A DNA stretch of 64,000 bases from the NCBI GenBank assembly GCA_043228905.1, contig JBHGNT010000003.1:19530001-19594000 (forward strand), given 5' to 3'. Position numbers and translations under genes: made by a program. Position 1 is the stretch's first letter. Each line of letters begins with the position of its first letter. The notes beneath the pieces are model-generated. The model was not told the origin of the DNA, did no database searches, and worked only from the letters and a program-made list of their open reading frames with translations. This DNA comes from Azolla caroliniana. Its lineage: Eukaryota; Plantae; Polypodiophyta. Shown here piece after piece: positions 1 through 12,861 of this stretch.

Positions 1-1
1 G

Positions 2-1816
2 CAGTCCCGACCGGCAAGGGACCGGTTAGCAGTCGAGGATCCGGCCGAAGACGGTGAAGAAACAGAACCGGCCGAGGAAGATGAAATTGATACCGGAACC
101 GGCCCCGATCCCGAAATGGATTCGGATGAAGAGGAAACGGAGGAGCCGGTTACCGAAGCTCCGGAACGGAGATATCCTCTAAGAGAGAGAAGGGCCCCCC
201 GGAGATTTCCGGAACCAGAGCACGTGCTGCTAACCGACGAGGGGGAGACGGAGAGTTTTGAAGAAGCAAAGCTTGACACCCATAGACGCAGGTGGTTAAG
301 TGCAATGCAGGAGGAGATGGATTCCCTGCATGAGAACCACACATATGAACTTGTGGAGTTGCCGAAAGGAAAGCGGGCACTTCGAAACAAGTGGGTGTTC
401 AAGCTGAAACCGGGAGATGCCGGAAACCCCCCGAGATACAAAGCCAGGATCGTGGTGAAGGGGTTCCAGCAGAAGAAGGGCGTCGACTTCGACGAGATAT
501 TTGCCCCAGTAGTGAAGATGACCTCCATCCGGACGGTGTTGAGCATAGCGGCAAGCATGGACCTCGAGGTAGAACAGATGGACGTGAAGACGACATTCCT
601 TCACGGTGACCTCGAAGAAGAGATCTACATGCAGCAACCGGAAGGATTCGAGAAGAAAGGGAAGGAGCACCTGGTATGCCGGTTGAAGAAGAGCCTTTAC
701 GGACTGAAGCAGGCTCCCCGGCAATGGTACCAGAAGTTCGACTCTTTCAGGACCGACGAAGGGTACCACAAAACGTAGTCCGATCACTGCGTGTTTGTGA
801 AGAAGTTCGAAGGAGGAGACTTTCTAATACTCCTCCTGTACGTGGACGACATGTTGATCGTCGGACGGGACCAGGTCAAGATACGGATGCTGAAGAAAGT
901 GCTTCACCGAACCTTCTCAATGAAGGACCTGGGTCCGGCGAGGCAAATACTAGGGATGCACATCATCCGGGACCGGAAGAAGAAGCAGTTGTGGTTGTCA
1001 CAGGAGAAGTACGTGACAAAGGTGCTTCACCGGTTCAACATGTCGGAAGCAAGACCGGTCGGGTCAACCCTCCTGGCAAACTGCAAGTTGTCCAGCAAGC
1101 AAAGTCCCAAGACAAAGGCTGAGAAGGAGGACATGATGAAAGTACCATATGCATCTGCCGTTGGAAGCTTGATGTACGCAATGGTGTGTACAAGACCGGA
1201 CATAGGATATGCAGTCGGAGTGGTGAGCCGGTACATGAGCAATCCCGGCAAAGAGCACTGGAACGCGGCCAAGTGGATACTCCGATACCTGAAGGGCACG
1301 GCAAACGTGTGCCTCCGATTCGGCTCCGGTAAGCCCGAACTCGACGGCTTTACCGATTCGGACATGTCGGCTGATGCAGATACCAGCCGGTCCACATCAG
1401 GGTATGTGATGACGTATGCAGGGGGAGCTGTTTCGTGGCAGTCGAGGTTGCAGAAGACGGTTGCGTTGTCAACCACGGAGGCGGAGTACATGGCGGCTGT
1501 TGAAGCCGGCAAGGAAATAATATGGATGAAGGACTTCATTAGAGAGCTCGGTATCCGGCAGGAAGAGTACCGACTCTACTGCGACAGTCAGAGTGCCATC
1601 CACCTTGCGAAGAACGCAGCCTATCACTCACGGACGAAGCACATCCAGCGAAGATATCACTGGATCCGGGAAAGGATAGAAGACCAGGAGTTCGTGCTGA
1701 TGAAGATCCACACGGACGAGAACGGGTCAGATATGCTGACCAAAGTGCTCACACCCGACAAGCTGGAAGCATGCCGGAAGAGGGTCGGACTGGAAAGACA
1801 TCCCATGCCGAAGTGA
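2..1816 (+). pseudogene. copia pol (integrase linker-RT-RNase H) with one in-frame nonsense codon
   Basis: ORFs 116-778 and 791-1816 are in the same frame. TAG at 776-778 corresponds to CAG in copy 2. Confidence 0.93.
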
Positions 1817-1826
1817 AGGGGGAGTT

Positions 1827-2603
1827 TGTTGGGATTACGGTCCCTCCGGATGGGATGGTCAGATGTCCGGGAATCGGGAATGAAGACCCGAATGAGGAGT
1901 ACCCGGTATCGGAACCGGATGATGAAGACCCGGTTTCGGATCTGGATGATGAAGACCCCGGCTACGGAGCCGGATGACGAAGACCCGGTTTCGGAGCCGG
2001 ATGATGAAGACCCGGTTTCGGAGCCGGATGATGAAGACCCCGGCTACGGAGCCGGATGACGAAGACCCGGTTTCGGAGCCGGACGATGAAGACCCCGGCT
2101 ACGGAGCCGGATGACGAATGTACCCGGAGAGAGATCCGGATGCGGGGACATATTTGTGAATATGTTTGCCAAGGGCCCTCTAGGCTATATTTGTAAATAG
2201 CCCGAAAGTCATATGTGTATAAATATGACTTAGGGCAAATAGTTTTGTAGTTGTTGCTCATTTTTCCTGTTTTCCACTTAGAGGGAGCGAAGTGAGAGCA
2301 GCCGAGAGAGAGAGAGTGAGAGAGAGAGAGAAAGGAAGAGGTCGACGCCTCTGTGTAATACCGCCACCTGTGGCGAGGACAGCGAGCTCAAGGTCGTCGC
2401 CTTGCAGCTCGTCATTGTACATTCCCTGCGTATAGTGATAGTTGGAGTCTTGCACTCCCGTGGTTTTTCCCGTCTAGGGTTTTCCACGCTAAACCCTGTG
2501 CATTCGAGTCTCTCTCTGTGTTCTTGATTTACTTCTGCATTGATTCGTGTTTCCTCGGTTGTGGCCGAGAGGCGAAGGTTTTGAAAGCGTTGATTTCCCA
2601 ACA
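1827..2603 (+). repeat. 3' LTR of copia A1 with expanded ~30-bp tandem repeat (about 1876-2118)
   Basis: TG...CA ends with 8-bp inverted termini. Unit GAGCCGGATGAYGAAGACCCGGTTTCG occurs ~8 times; (GA)n tract. Confidence 0.93.
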
Positions 2604-3250
2604 ATGCTGTTGTTGTGTTTGCTGCTTTTCTAAGGAGATTTGCTGAAGATCCCCCAGCAACCGTTGGTTTTCTTGTTCCAAAGCATGGAACTTCTCTTTC
2701 AAGCATTGAAATTCTGAGAAAACAGATTGATATTCTTCAACGCTAACAGTGGCCATGGGATGAAAGAAAAGAGGAATAAGAGATTAGTAGGAAATGAGAG
2801 AGACAGAAGGTAGGGAAAATCGGTTCAAACTGTCAGGCATAGTACTAAGACAGAGAAGGAATTAGTACTAAAAGAAGTATTAGTACTAAGAGAGGTGAAG
2901 AACTCTCGAAAGAAGGAAAGAGTGAGTGAGAGGGAGGGAGAGAGAGATCGAGAGAGATGATAAGAAAAGATATATATTATGTGAAGAAAATGTACAGTAG
3001 CTAGGAGGCTTAAGACTGGAGTTGAACCGATTTGGTTCGAAACAATGCCTTGTGCCTCCTTTTATAGTGTTCTAAGGAATACTCCTGAAGTTTCTAGAAT
3101 GTTCCAGAGAAATCTGGAATATACATCAATTTTCTATAATAAAACATAAATGAAAATAATATTCTATGTATTACAATGTATAGTCTAATGGTCAAGAGCT
3201 CGACCCATGTAGCATAAGGTCATGGGTTCGAGTCTTGCCATATCATGACA
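2604..3250 (-). mobile_element. 5' end of a Ty3/gypsy (Tcn1-like chromovirus) element B: 5' LTR 2831-3250 plus gag N-terminus, interrupted by copia A1
   Basis: Minus strand reads TGTCATGA...TGACA then GTTTGAACCG, as in the element at 8981. Gag start MATVSVEEYQ...ALEQENQRLLGD (ATG 2756) resembles MESISKQEY...ALEHENQRLLGD at 9561. Confidence 0.88.
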
Positions 3251-3491
3251 GCCGGAAAGCAAACCGGGACCGGTCGGTAAGCAATCCGGAACCGTCCAAA
3301 AAACAAACAAGAACCAGCCGGTAAGCAAATGGGAACCGGCCGGTCGGCGGCGGATCCGACGACAGAGGCGTCAACTAGCGGCGGAGCCGGTGGCGTTTGG
3401 CGAACCGGTTGTCCGACGATCGATGGTAACCGACATCCGGCGACATCCAACATCCGGTGATCGGATAGATATATAAATAAATAAATATATG

Positions 3492-3533
<42 letters not shown>

Positions 3534-3922
3534 AGGAGTGCAAGTGTGGATTTGAACCTTGCACCTCCAAGTTGAGAGTCTAAGCCTATAGACTCTCATA
3601 CATGAGACCTTAAATGAGTGACGTGGTTATCATGTACCACATGTAATACATGAGGCCAAATGACAAACATGCATTTTATGCATGTCTTGTACCCTCAAAT
3701 GCATGAGGGCATCTATAAAAGAGGGGAGGATAAAGATGAAAGGACTAATCTAAATTTTTTGGATGATCAATCTAAAGTCAAGCGTTTAATCTCAATTTTT
3801 CTCTCTGTCAATCCATCTTAAATACATTCTCGCTAAAGCTTGTGCGTACTTTGAGTCCTTCCGGTCCAGAACCCCGGCGGTTCCGCCTCACGATCCGCAC
3901 ATAGTGACAGATCTTCACGACA
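3251..3922 (+). mobile_element. 3' part of an LTR (family X), disrupted by element B and inserted in the pol of element D
   Basis: Ends ...CGGTTCCGCCTCACGATCCGCACATAGTGACAGATCTTCACGACA, nearly the same as the end at 56577 and similar to 14558. TATAAAA ~3714. Gypsy pol sequence follows immediately. Confidence 0.72.
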
Positions 3923-5901
3923 ATGACTTGTGGATACTATTCGGCAATGACTTCACTCTGATTATTTCGCTAAGGATGTCTTAGCCCACATTAGTCCAAG
4001 CCATGCATCTTGCTCCACATTGCAAGGGTCATCTCAACATTATCAGGAATTCAAATGGCAAGATGGCTTACTCTTTTACAAAATCTCCTTTACGTCCTTG
4101 ATGGATCACCCCGCCTTCAAGTATTGGAGCATTGTCATGATGCCCCTATGGATGGACATTTTGGTATTGCCAAGACAATGGAGTTGGTGAAGCGCTCATT
4201 TTGGTGGCCTCTTTTGCAAAAACTTTGTCGAAGATTATGTTCGTACATGTGACACCTGTTGTCGAGCCAAAATACCCAACCATCATCCTTCTGTCTTGTT
4301 ACAACCATTACCACCTCCAACTAAGCAATGGCAATCTATTTCTATGGATTTCATTACAGGTCTACCACCTTCAAAAGGATTTGATACTATTTTAACAATA
4401 GTCGATCGATTTACCAAGATGACGTATTTTTTACCATGTGTAAAGAGCATCAGTAGTCATGAAACCGCAATACTCATTATGTGTGAAGTGTTTCGACATC
4501 ATGGTCTTCCAGACAATATAATTAACGATCATGGTCCTCAATTTATCTCTCACTTTTGGAAGCACCTATGGGCAAGCCTCAAAATTTCCTACAAACTCTC
4601 TTCGGCTTATCATCAACAAACTGATGGAGAAACCAAGCTCGCACAAATCAAACACTCGAGCAATATCTTCGTTGCTTCATCAATAACTATCAACAAGATG
4701 ATTGGAACAATATTTTACATCTTGCTGAGTCCGCATACAATAACACGGTACATTCTTCTACCAAGGTTACACCTTTCTTTGCCTAAACCGGCAACTATCC
4801 TCGATGGTGTATCCTAGATCTTCCTCAGGTCGCACGAAACCCTAGTGCTGAGTATCAACATCATCGACTACACTGGATCCAGTTAGCATTATCTTCACAT
4901 CTAAAGCACAACATAAGACAAATGCAGATCGCCATTGTCTTAAGTGTCCTTTTAAGGTTGGTGACCAAGTATGGTTGCTTCGTCGTCACATCGAGACTAC
5001 CTGACCATGTGAGAAACTCGATTATCAGCGCTTAGGTCCTTTTCTCATCACTGTGCGGATTAATGATGCAACCTTTCGTCTTTACCTTCCAGCACACAAG
5101 CAGCTTCACCCAGTCTTTCATAGCTCTCTTCTAGAACCTTGTCGCACCTCTTCCATTCCTAATCGAGTCGTGTCAACTCCACCCCTTATCCAACTTGTTG
5201 ACGGCCCCGAATATGAGGTAGCTGCTATTCTTGATTCTAAGATTATGCGTAATAAGCTCTATTATCTGGTTGATTGGGTAGGTTATCCTCCGAGTGATCG
5301 CACATGGGTGATCACACTTGGGAACCCATCAATAATGTTTCTAATGCTCAAGAATAATGTTTCTTATCAACGACTTCCATCGCCGCTATCCAAACAAACC
5401 AGGCCCTACATTTTTAACCCGACTTCCACTCATCGTTCTCGAAGGGTAGATAGTGTCATGAATACATAAACATCATGGCTTGACCTGGGCTTGAACCCAA
5501 GACCTTGTAATACATAATCAAGAACCCAACCATTAAGATAGCCTATGATCCTATGAGATGATAAAAGCTACTTCTTGTAATGCACTGATTATTGTAAATA
5601 CTCTAGAACATTCTAGAACATCCTAGAATATCCTAGAACATCTTAGAATATTCTAGATCTAGAACATTCTAGAACATTATAGAAATCTCTAGGCTATTCT
5701 ATAGGAACCTATAAATAGGGGCATACATGTATTCTCAAATCAATTCGAATCAACACCAATCTTAAGCTCTCATCATCTATCTTGTATCCATTCTCATTCT
5801 ACTTTAATACATTCATTCTTCTCTTATCATTTCATTCCTCTCTTCTTGTGATCTCTTTATATCTTTCTTCTATCACTCTATCTTCTGTCTTGGTTTTGAC
5901 A
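3923..5901 (+). mobile_element. Degenerate chromovirus D, 3' part (integrase + chromodomain, PPT, 3' LTR 5454-5901)
   Basis: Frameshifted integrase ([27 protein letters not shown]) and chromodomain EYEVAAILDSK...YLVDWVGY. PPT GAAGGGTAGATAG; LTR TGTCATG...TTTGACA. Confidence 0.92.
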
Positions 5902-6129
5902 ATACCCATTAGATGAACTAATGCATTGTCTTCATCCAATTGCAATCCAACCTCATCGAGGTTATGAGTTAGGCTTCTTGTTTGTCTTTGTGTTGTGTCT
6001 GAAGCCACATTCGAGATCCTCTTTTAGTATTATCATTGTGGTCTATCGCAGATAACTTGTTTTGGTCAAAGATAAGTTATACACTACTATATAAACATTA
6101 TCCAATGTAAGAGTAGATGTGCTTGCTTA

Positions 6130-7090
6130 TTAATGACAAGAGGATGAGTGGCGAGGGTGTGGGGGTTGAAGCAAATATATGAGGGGATGAGGAAACTTTA
6201 TATTTTATATTTGTAGTCATGGAAGTTTTTATAGTTGGTAAGGATGAATGATGGTGTTGACGGGGGATTGAAGCGCATGTTTAGGAGGGGATACACACAA
6301 TATATTTATGCTACTGTTGTTTATACAGGTTTTAGGAGCTGAACGAATAGATGAGTGACGTAGAAATGAAGCACATTGTTGATGTGCAAAATGAAGAGAT
6401 TAGGAGGAGTATCACGACAGGTTCAAAATGGTATAAATTGAGATAGGTGATGTGGTATTGAAGCAATTTGTCTAGTTTTTAGAGATGTGAGAATGGTGGT
6501 GGTATGGGCTGAAGCAAGGTTTGATGTGGGGTCATGTTTTAATTTCATGGTGATGATTGATGATGGCGGTAAGAATTGAAGCATGTGTCCCGTTTTGTTG
6601 TTGTTTGTTTGACAGGACCTTGATGGTAATCGGTTAATAGGTGAGATGTTGGATGGGACTGAATGAAGCAGTTTTTTCTGTGATAAGGATGAGTGAAGAC
6701 GGTGGGGGGGTCGAAGCCGATTATGATGAGTGGGTGAGGAAACTTGTAAACTGTTTTTGTGTTGTTAATACAGGTTTTGCGTGGACATTGGCAAGATGCT
6801 AGTCGAGGAGTTGGCTGATGTGGACTGAAGGAAGAATTTTTATGAGATAAGGATGAGTGAAGATGATGGTGGGGTCGAAGTTGAATAGCATGAGTGGGTG
6901 AGGAAATTTTTATACTGAGTTCTGTTGATTATGCAGGATTTTAGTGGACTTTGGCAAGATGCTGCAACATGCTAATCGCAGAGATGGCTGAAGTGGACTG
7001 TATGAAGCATTTTTCTTGTTATGAGGATGAGTGAAGATGGTGGTGGCGTTGAAGCATACTATAGAGAGTGGGTGAGGAAAACTTTATTTT
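6130..7090. repeat. Degenerate tandem repeat (~170-180 bp period)
   Basis: AGGATGAGTGAAGAYGGTGGnGGGGTCGAAGC...GAGTGGGTGAGGAAA recurs at ~6140, 6686, 6850 and 7024, with partial copies between. Confidence 0.7.
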
Positions 7091-8980
7091 AACTGCTTCT
7101 GTTAATACTGAATGTTTATGGACAGTGCCAACTTATCAAACAATTATGTGGGTTAAAAAAAGACAAAGGCTTTACACGGTTATAACACTGGACAATGGAA
7201 GTATGCAAGCCACAATCTTTAAACCAGGGGGACATATAGTTTGCATTCAGTATGGAGGCCTTGACAATCTTCTCGAGGCATCAAACAAAGAGAAAAACAG
7301 AGGGTATTGGGATCTAGAATGGAACATCCCTTGAGGACTCTTGATCACCCGGAACGGGTGAAAGAAGATGGTTATTTACAGCGTGCAACATGTTATGGAG
7401 ATTGAAGGTTCTTGATTGCATAACAAAAGGGTATAGATTGCATTTTACCTCGTTTGGTAGACCTTTGTGGAAGCTTTTTATGGAACAATTTTCAGATTGA
7501 TTGTTTACTTTACTCTATGGTGGAGTCAAAACTTTTCATCAAAACTTTTGTTTTTTCAACCAGCCTCTTATAAAGATGTTTTGGGGAAATTTTTGTATGT
7601 TGTTATGACTTTTCCAAATACTAATGGAAGTATACTTTCTTTTGAAAAAAAAAAAAGCGTAGATGTGCTTGATGTGTTCTTTCTTCTTCACTTTTTGGTT
7701 ATGATATTTAATTATGTACTTTCTATTTATGATATTTGATTATGTGAGAGAAACCTTCTACCAAAATCATTAGAATCTAAAAATTGCCATAAAGATGTTT
7801 TTTCGTTTTTCTTAGATTCTCATAGTAAGCCTTTGATGTCAAACAGAAATCAGATTCATTCCATCTAGATCTGATGCACTATGTCAAATTTTACTCTATA
7901 CATCTAGAATTGGATGTAGTGCATAAGATTCCTGTTGTAAGTCTTGGGATTTAAAAAAAAGATTCCATTAAAAAAATACTCTTGCATTTTCAACTGAGCC
8001 ACAATGCATTGCATCGAATTCTAGCTATAAAGACTAAAATATGATACATTGCATTGGATTTCAGTTGAAAATCCACTTTCAAAATATGTTTAAAAAATGA
8101 AAAAAATTTAAAAATGGATTTTCATTGGAAATTCGATGCATTGCATCTGATTTCAGTTGAAAGTCCACTTTTCCTTATTTGTTTCTAAATTTTCTTATTT
8201 TCTGTAATTGTTTTATTGTTTCCATAAAAATAAAAATAAATTGAAAAAATGGATTTTTAATGGAAATCCGATGCACTGCATCGGATTTCGGTTGAAAATC
8301 CACTTTTTCTTATTTTTTGAATTTTTTTTGTATTTGTTTTGAATTATTTATATTTTTCCCATAAATAAATAAATAAAAATTGAAATTTTGGATTTTCAAT
8401 GGAAATCTGATGCATAGCATCGGATTTCAGTTGAAACTCCACTTTTTCTTATTTGTTTCCAAATTTTCTTATTTTTTTAATTTTTTAATTTTCCCATAAA
8501 TAAATAAATAAATAATTGAAAAAATGGATTTCCAACGGATTTCCAATGTAGCGCATTGGATTTCGGTTGAAAGTTCACTTTTTCTTATTTTTTTCCGAAT
8601 TTTCTTATTTTTTTGATTTTTTTTGTATATTTTTTGAAATTTTAAAATTTTTCCCATAAATAAATAAATTAAAATTGAAAAAGTGGTTTATCGGATTTCA
8701 GTTGGAAGTCCACTTTTTCTTATTTGTTTCAAAATTATCTTATTATTTGAATTTGTTTTGTATTTTGTTTGAATTTTTTATTTTCCCCATAAATAAATAA
8801 ATAAAAATTGAAAAAATGGATTTTCAACTGAAATCTGATGTAGTACATCAGATTTCCATTGAAAATCCATTTTTAAAAATATTTTTATTTATTTGTCGAA
8901 AAAATGAACAAGAATTGAAAAGAAAAAGGATTGTCAGCTAAAATTCGATGCATTGCATTGTTGTCTAGCTGTATAGACTA

Positions 8981-11900
8981 TGTCATGACAACATACATTT
9001 TGGCCTTACAAGCATTCGAGCCCAAGACGTCCTGGTCTATATGTTAGACCTTTAACCATTATACTAACATATATGATGTATAATTATAATAAATGTATTA
9101 TTAGTTATTACAAGACATTTAGAGTATTCCAGAACATTCTAGAGTATTCCAGAACAATCTAGAGTATTCTAGAACATTCTAGGATATTCCATGATCATAT
9201 TAAATATCATAAATATCTAGAATATTCTAGAACATTCTAGAATACTCCATAAGGACCTATAAATAGGTGTCTATTCATTCATCACAACTCATTCGGTTCA
9301 ACACCAGTTTGTAGCCCCTTAGCCTACTCTTTGTAATCCTTGCTCTCTTATAATATAAACTCTCTTTCCATTTCTAGTGTGCATTCTCTCTCTCTCTCTC
9401 TCTCTCTCTCCCTCTACCTTCTACTGTCATCTTATTTTTCTCTCTCCTATTCTCAAGTCACGACAGTTTGAACCGAATCTATCTCTTTTCTTCTTCTCCA
9501 ACTTCTTCTTCTTATCTTAACCTTAAATTCAACCAAATCTAGCAATTTTCTATCGCAACTATGGAGTCCATCAGCAAGCAAGAATATATGCGTGTTCTCT
9601 CCGTGCTCGAAATGCTAACAACCAAATTCGTGGCACTAGAGCATGAAAATCAAAGATTGCTGGGAGACCAAATTCGTGGCTCTAGAGCATGAAAATCAAA
9701 GATTTCGAGCCTTCTGGAACGCCTCAATGGAGCTAAGTATTTCACAAAGTTAGATCTTCGAGGTGCTTACAATCTTGTTCGAACTCGTCCTGGGGATGAA
9801 TGGAAGACTGCTTTTCGTACTCGCTATGGCCATTTTGAGTATACAGTGATGCCATTTGGTCTCACGAATGCACCAACAGTTTTCCAACATATGGCGAATG
9901 ACATTTTTCGAGATTTCCTCGATATTTTCGTCATAATTTACCTAGATGATATCTTGATCTACTCAAAAACTCAAGAGGATCATGATATACACGTTCGACA
10001 AGCTTTTCAACGGTTGCGTGAATATGGTCTCTATGCAAAATTGGAGAAGTGTAGATTTGACCAGCGTCAAGTGGAATTTTTGGGGTACATAGTCTCTTCA
10101 CATGGCATCTCTATGGATCCAGCAAAGGTTCAAACAGTTTTGGATTGGCAAACACCACAGTCTGTGCGAGATGTACAATGTTTTTTAGAGTTCGCAAACT
10201 TTTATCGCAAGTTCATCAAAGATTATTCAAAGATCGTATTGCCTCTCACTCAACTGACATAGAAGAATCAACCATTTGTGTGGAGTATAAATGCAAACTC
10301 TGCATTTGAAGGATTAAAGCAAGCATTTACATCCGCACCAATTTTGATGCATGTTGATCCATTGAAGCGCTTTATACTGGAAGTTGATGCATCTGACTTC
10401 GCACTAGGAAGCGTATTATCCCAGATTAGCAATGATGGCCAACTACACCTTGTGGCTTTTCTTTCACGGAAATTCGAAGCTGCAGAAATCAACTATGAGA
10501 TTCACGACAAAGAGCTTCTTGCCATTGTGGATTCTTTTCAACAATGGCGTCATTTTTTGGAGGGTTCGTCTCAACAAATCATTGTCTATAATGATCACAA
10601 AAATCTAACGTACTTCCAAAGTGCTCGAGTCTTGAGTCGTTGACAAGCTCGTTGGGCGCAGTTTTTAACTCGTTTTGATTTCGTAATTCTATATCGCCCT
10701 GGGATGCAACAAGGCAAAGCAGATGCTTTATCTCGGCATTCATATATGGAACTTCAACCAGGAGAGGCCGCATTTGAAAGTCAGAAGCAAATCCTCTTGG
10801 GTCCTAACCATCTACGACTAATGGCTTTTCATGCTATAGACACACCCGAGGATTCAAGTCTTCTAAACTCCATTCGGGAGCATATTGAGACTGATGAATT
10901 CGCCCAAGATATTCTGAACCATATTATCCCAGATTGTGCTTCTTGTTCACAATCTCAAAATCCTCGTCAAGACTACAACCAGTTCAATTGGCATGATGGT
11001 TTACTTTTTCGACAAAATCTCTTATATGTGCCTGATGGTCCTTCTCGACTCCAAGTCTTGCAACAATGTCATGATACACCAATGGTTGGACATTTTGGCA
11101 TCCACAAGACTTTGGCGTTAATTTCTCGAAGGTATTGGTGGCCACGACTTCGCCATTTTGTTACGGATTATGTTCATAGTTGTGATACATGTTGCCGATC
11201 CAAAAAACCTCGACATCATCCATATGGCTTATTACAGCCAATGCCTATTCCTGAGAGTCCATGGAAATCTATTTCATTGGACTTTATTACGGATCTACCA
11301 CCTTCCAAGGGTTTTGATTCTATTCTCAAGGTAGTAGATAGTTTTACCAAGATGGCACATTTTCTTCCCTGCACAAAGGCCATTACGAGCCAAGAGACAA
11401 CCGAGTTACTCATGCGAGAGGTGTTTCGGCATCATGGTCTTCCTGATGATATTATCAGTGATCGGGGTCCCCAGTTCATCTCAAAATTTTGGTGGCACAT
11501 GTTCAAACTCTTACATACTTCTTGCAAACTCTCTTCTGGCTACCATCCAGAAACTAACGGACAGATTGAGCGCACCAACCAAACAGTAGAACAATATCTT
11601 CGTTGTTTTGTCAACTATCAACAAGATGATTGGGTTGATCTATTACATTTGGCGGAATTTGCTTACAACAACTCAGAACATTCTTCTACTGGATAATCCC
11701 CATTTTTTGCAAACATTGGGTACCATCCTCGTTGGACTATGCTTGAACATCCCGAACTCCCGACAAACCCGGCTGTTGAAGATCGGCTCACCCGACTCCA
11801 AGAAGTTCAAGATATCCTTTTGCACCATTTATGAGATGCTCAAAACACTCAAAAGAAGGTTGCCGATCGTCACCGACGTGATTCATCGACTACGTTTCAA

Positions 11901-12761
11901 GTGGGGGATCGAGTATGGCTTTTACAAGGTCGCATTAAAACAACCCGACCTTGCGGCAAATTGGATTATCAACGTTTTGGCCCATATGTGAAATCTAGTA
12001 AGATCAATGATGTGGCATTTCGCCTTGATCTTCCCCCTCATATGCATCTTCACCCGGTTTTCCATGTTTCACTTTTGGAGCCGTACACAACCAGCTCTAT
12101 TCCAGGCCGTCTTACATCTCCCCCACCTCCAATCGAAGTTTCTGATGGCTCCGAATATGAAGTTGCTGCCACTCTCGACTCCAAGATCGTTCGCAACAAA
12201 CTGTATTATTAGGTTGACTGGTTAGGTTATACACCTAATGATCAAACATGGGAACCTCTTGAGAATCTTGCTAATGCCTCCGAAATGGTTGCTGCATTTC
12301 ACAACAAATATCCTCATAAGCCAAGTCCGAAATCTTGTCTTCCGACTCGTGGAACTCGTCGTCGAAAAGGGGGGATAATGTCATGACGACATACATTTTG
12401 GCCTTACAAGGATTCGAGCCCAAGACGTCTTGGTCTATATGTTAGACCTTTAACCATTATACTAACATATATGATGTATAGTTATAATAAATGTATTATT
12501 AGTTATTACAAGACATTTAGAGTATTCCAGAACAATCTAGAGTATTCTAGAACATTCTAGGATATTCCATGATTATATTAAATATCATAAATATCTAGAA
12601 TATTCTAGAACATTCTAGAATACTCCATAAGGACCTATAAATAAGTGTCTATTCATTCATCACAACTCATTCGGTTCAACACCAGTTTGTAGCCCCTTAG
12701 CCTACTCTTTGTAATCCTTGCTCTCTTATAATATAAACTCTCTTTCCATTTCTAGTGTTCA

Positions 12762-12810
<49 letters not shown>

Positions 12811-12861
12811 TACCTTCTACTGTCATCTTATTTTTCTCTCTCCTATTCTCAAGTCACGACA
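8981..12861 (+). mobile_element. Internally deleted Tcn1-like chromovirus (element H) with both LTRs and TSD
   Basis: LTRs 8981-9465 and 12379-12861; TSD GACTA/GACTA; PPT AAAAGGGGGGATAA. RT (YLDDILIYS), RNase H (DASDFALG, DHKNL), integrase and chromodomain carry nonsense codons. Gag start (9561) is joined directly to RT. Confidence 0.96.
9705..12380 (+). pseudogene. gypsy pol RT-RNase H-integrase-chromodomain of element H
   Basis: ORFs 9846-10262, 10278-10643, 10704-11696 and 11901-12212 share one frame, separated by stop codons. Confidence 0.92.

Larger units (their letters stand above)
1..2603 (+). mobile_element. Ty1/copia LTR retrotransposon, family A copy 1 (3' part; 5' end outside window)
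   Basis: RT motifs (YKARIVVKGF, QMDVKTTFLHG, LYVDDML) and RNase H (FTDSDM, CDSQSAI, KHIQRRYH). PPT AAGGGGGAG follows the stop at 1816. 3' LTR 1827-2603 is bounded by TGTTGGGA...TCCCAACA. Highly similar to 59096-64000. Confidence 0.97.

Noticed and set aside
296-1539. Antisense and alternate-frame ORFs over copia pol (also 61282-63525)
   Set aside because: Shadow ORFs of GC-rich coding sequence; they are shared between copies only because the DNA is near-identical.
7068-7430. hAT transposase fragment (VITLDNGSM...GLDNLLE)
   Set aside because: Resemblance is too weak to call without a profile search.
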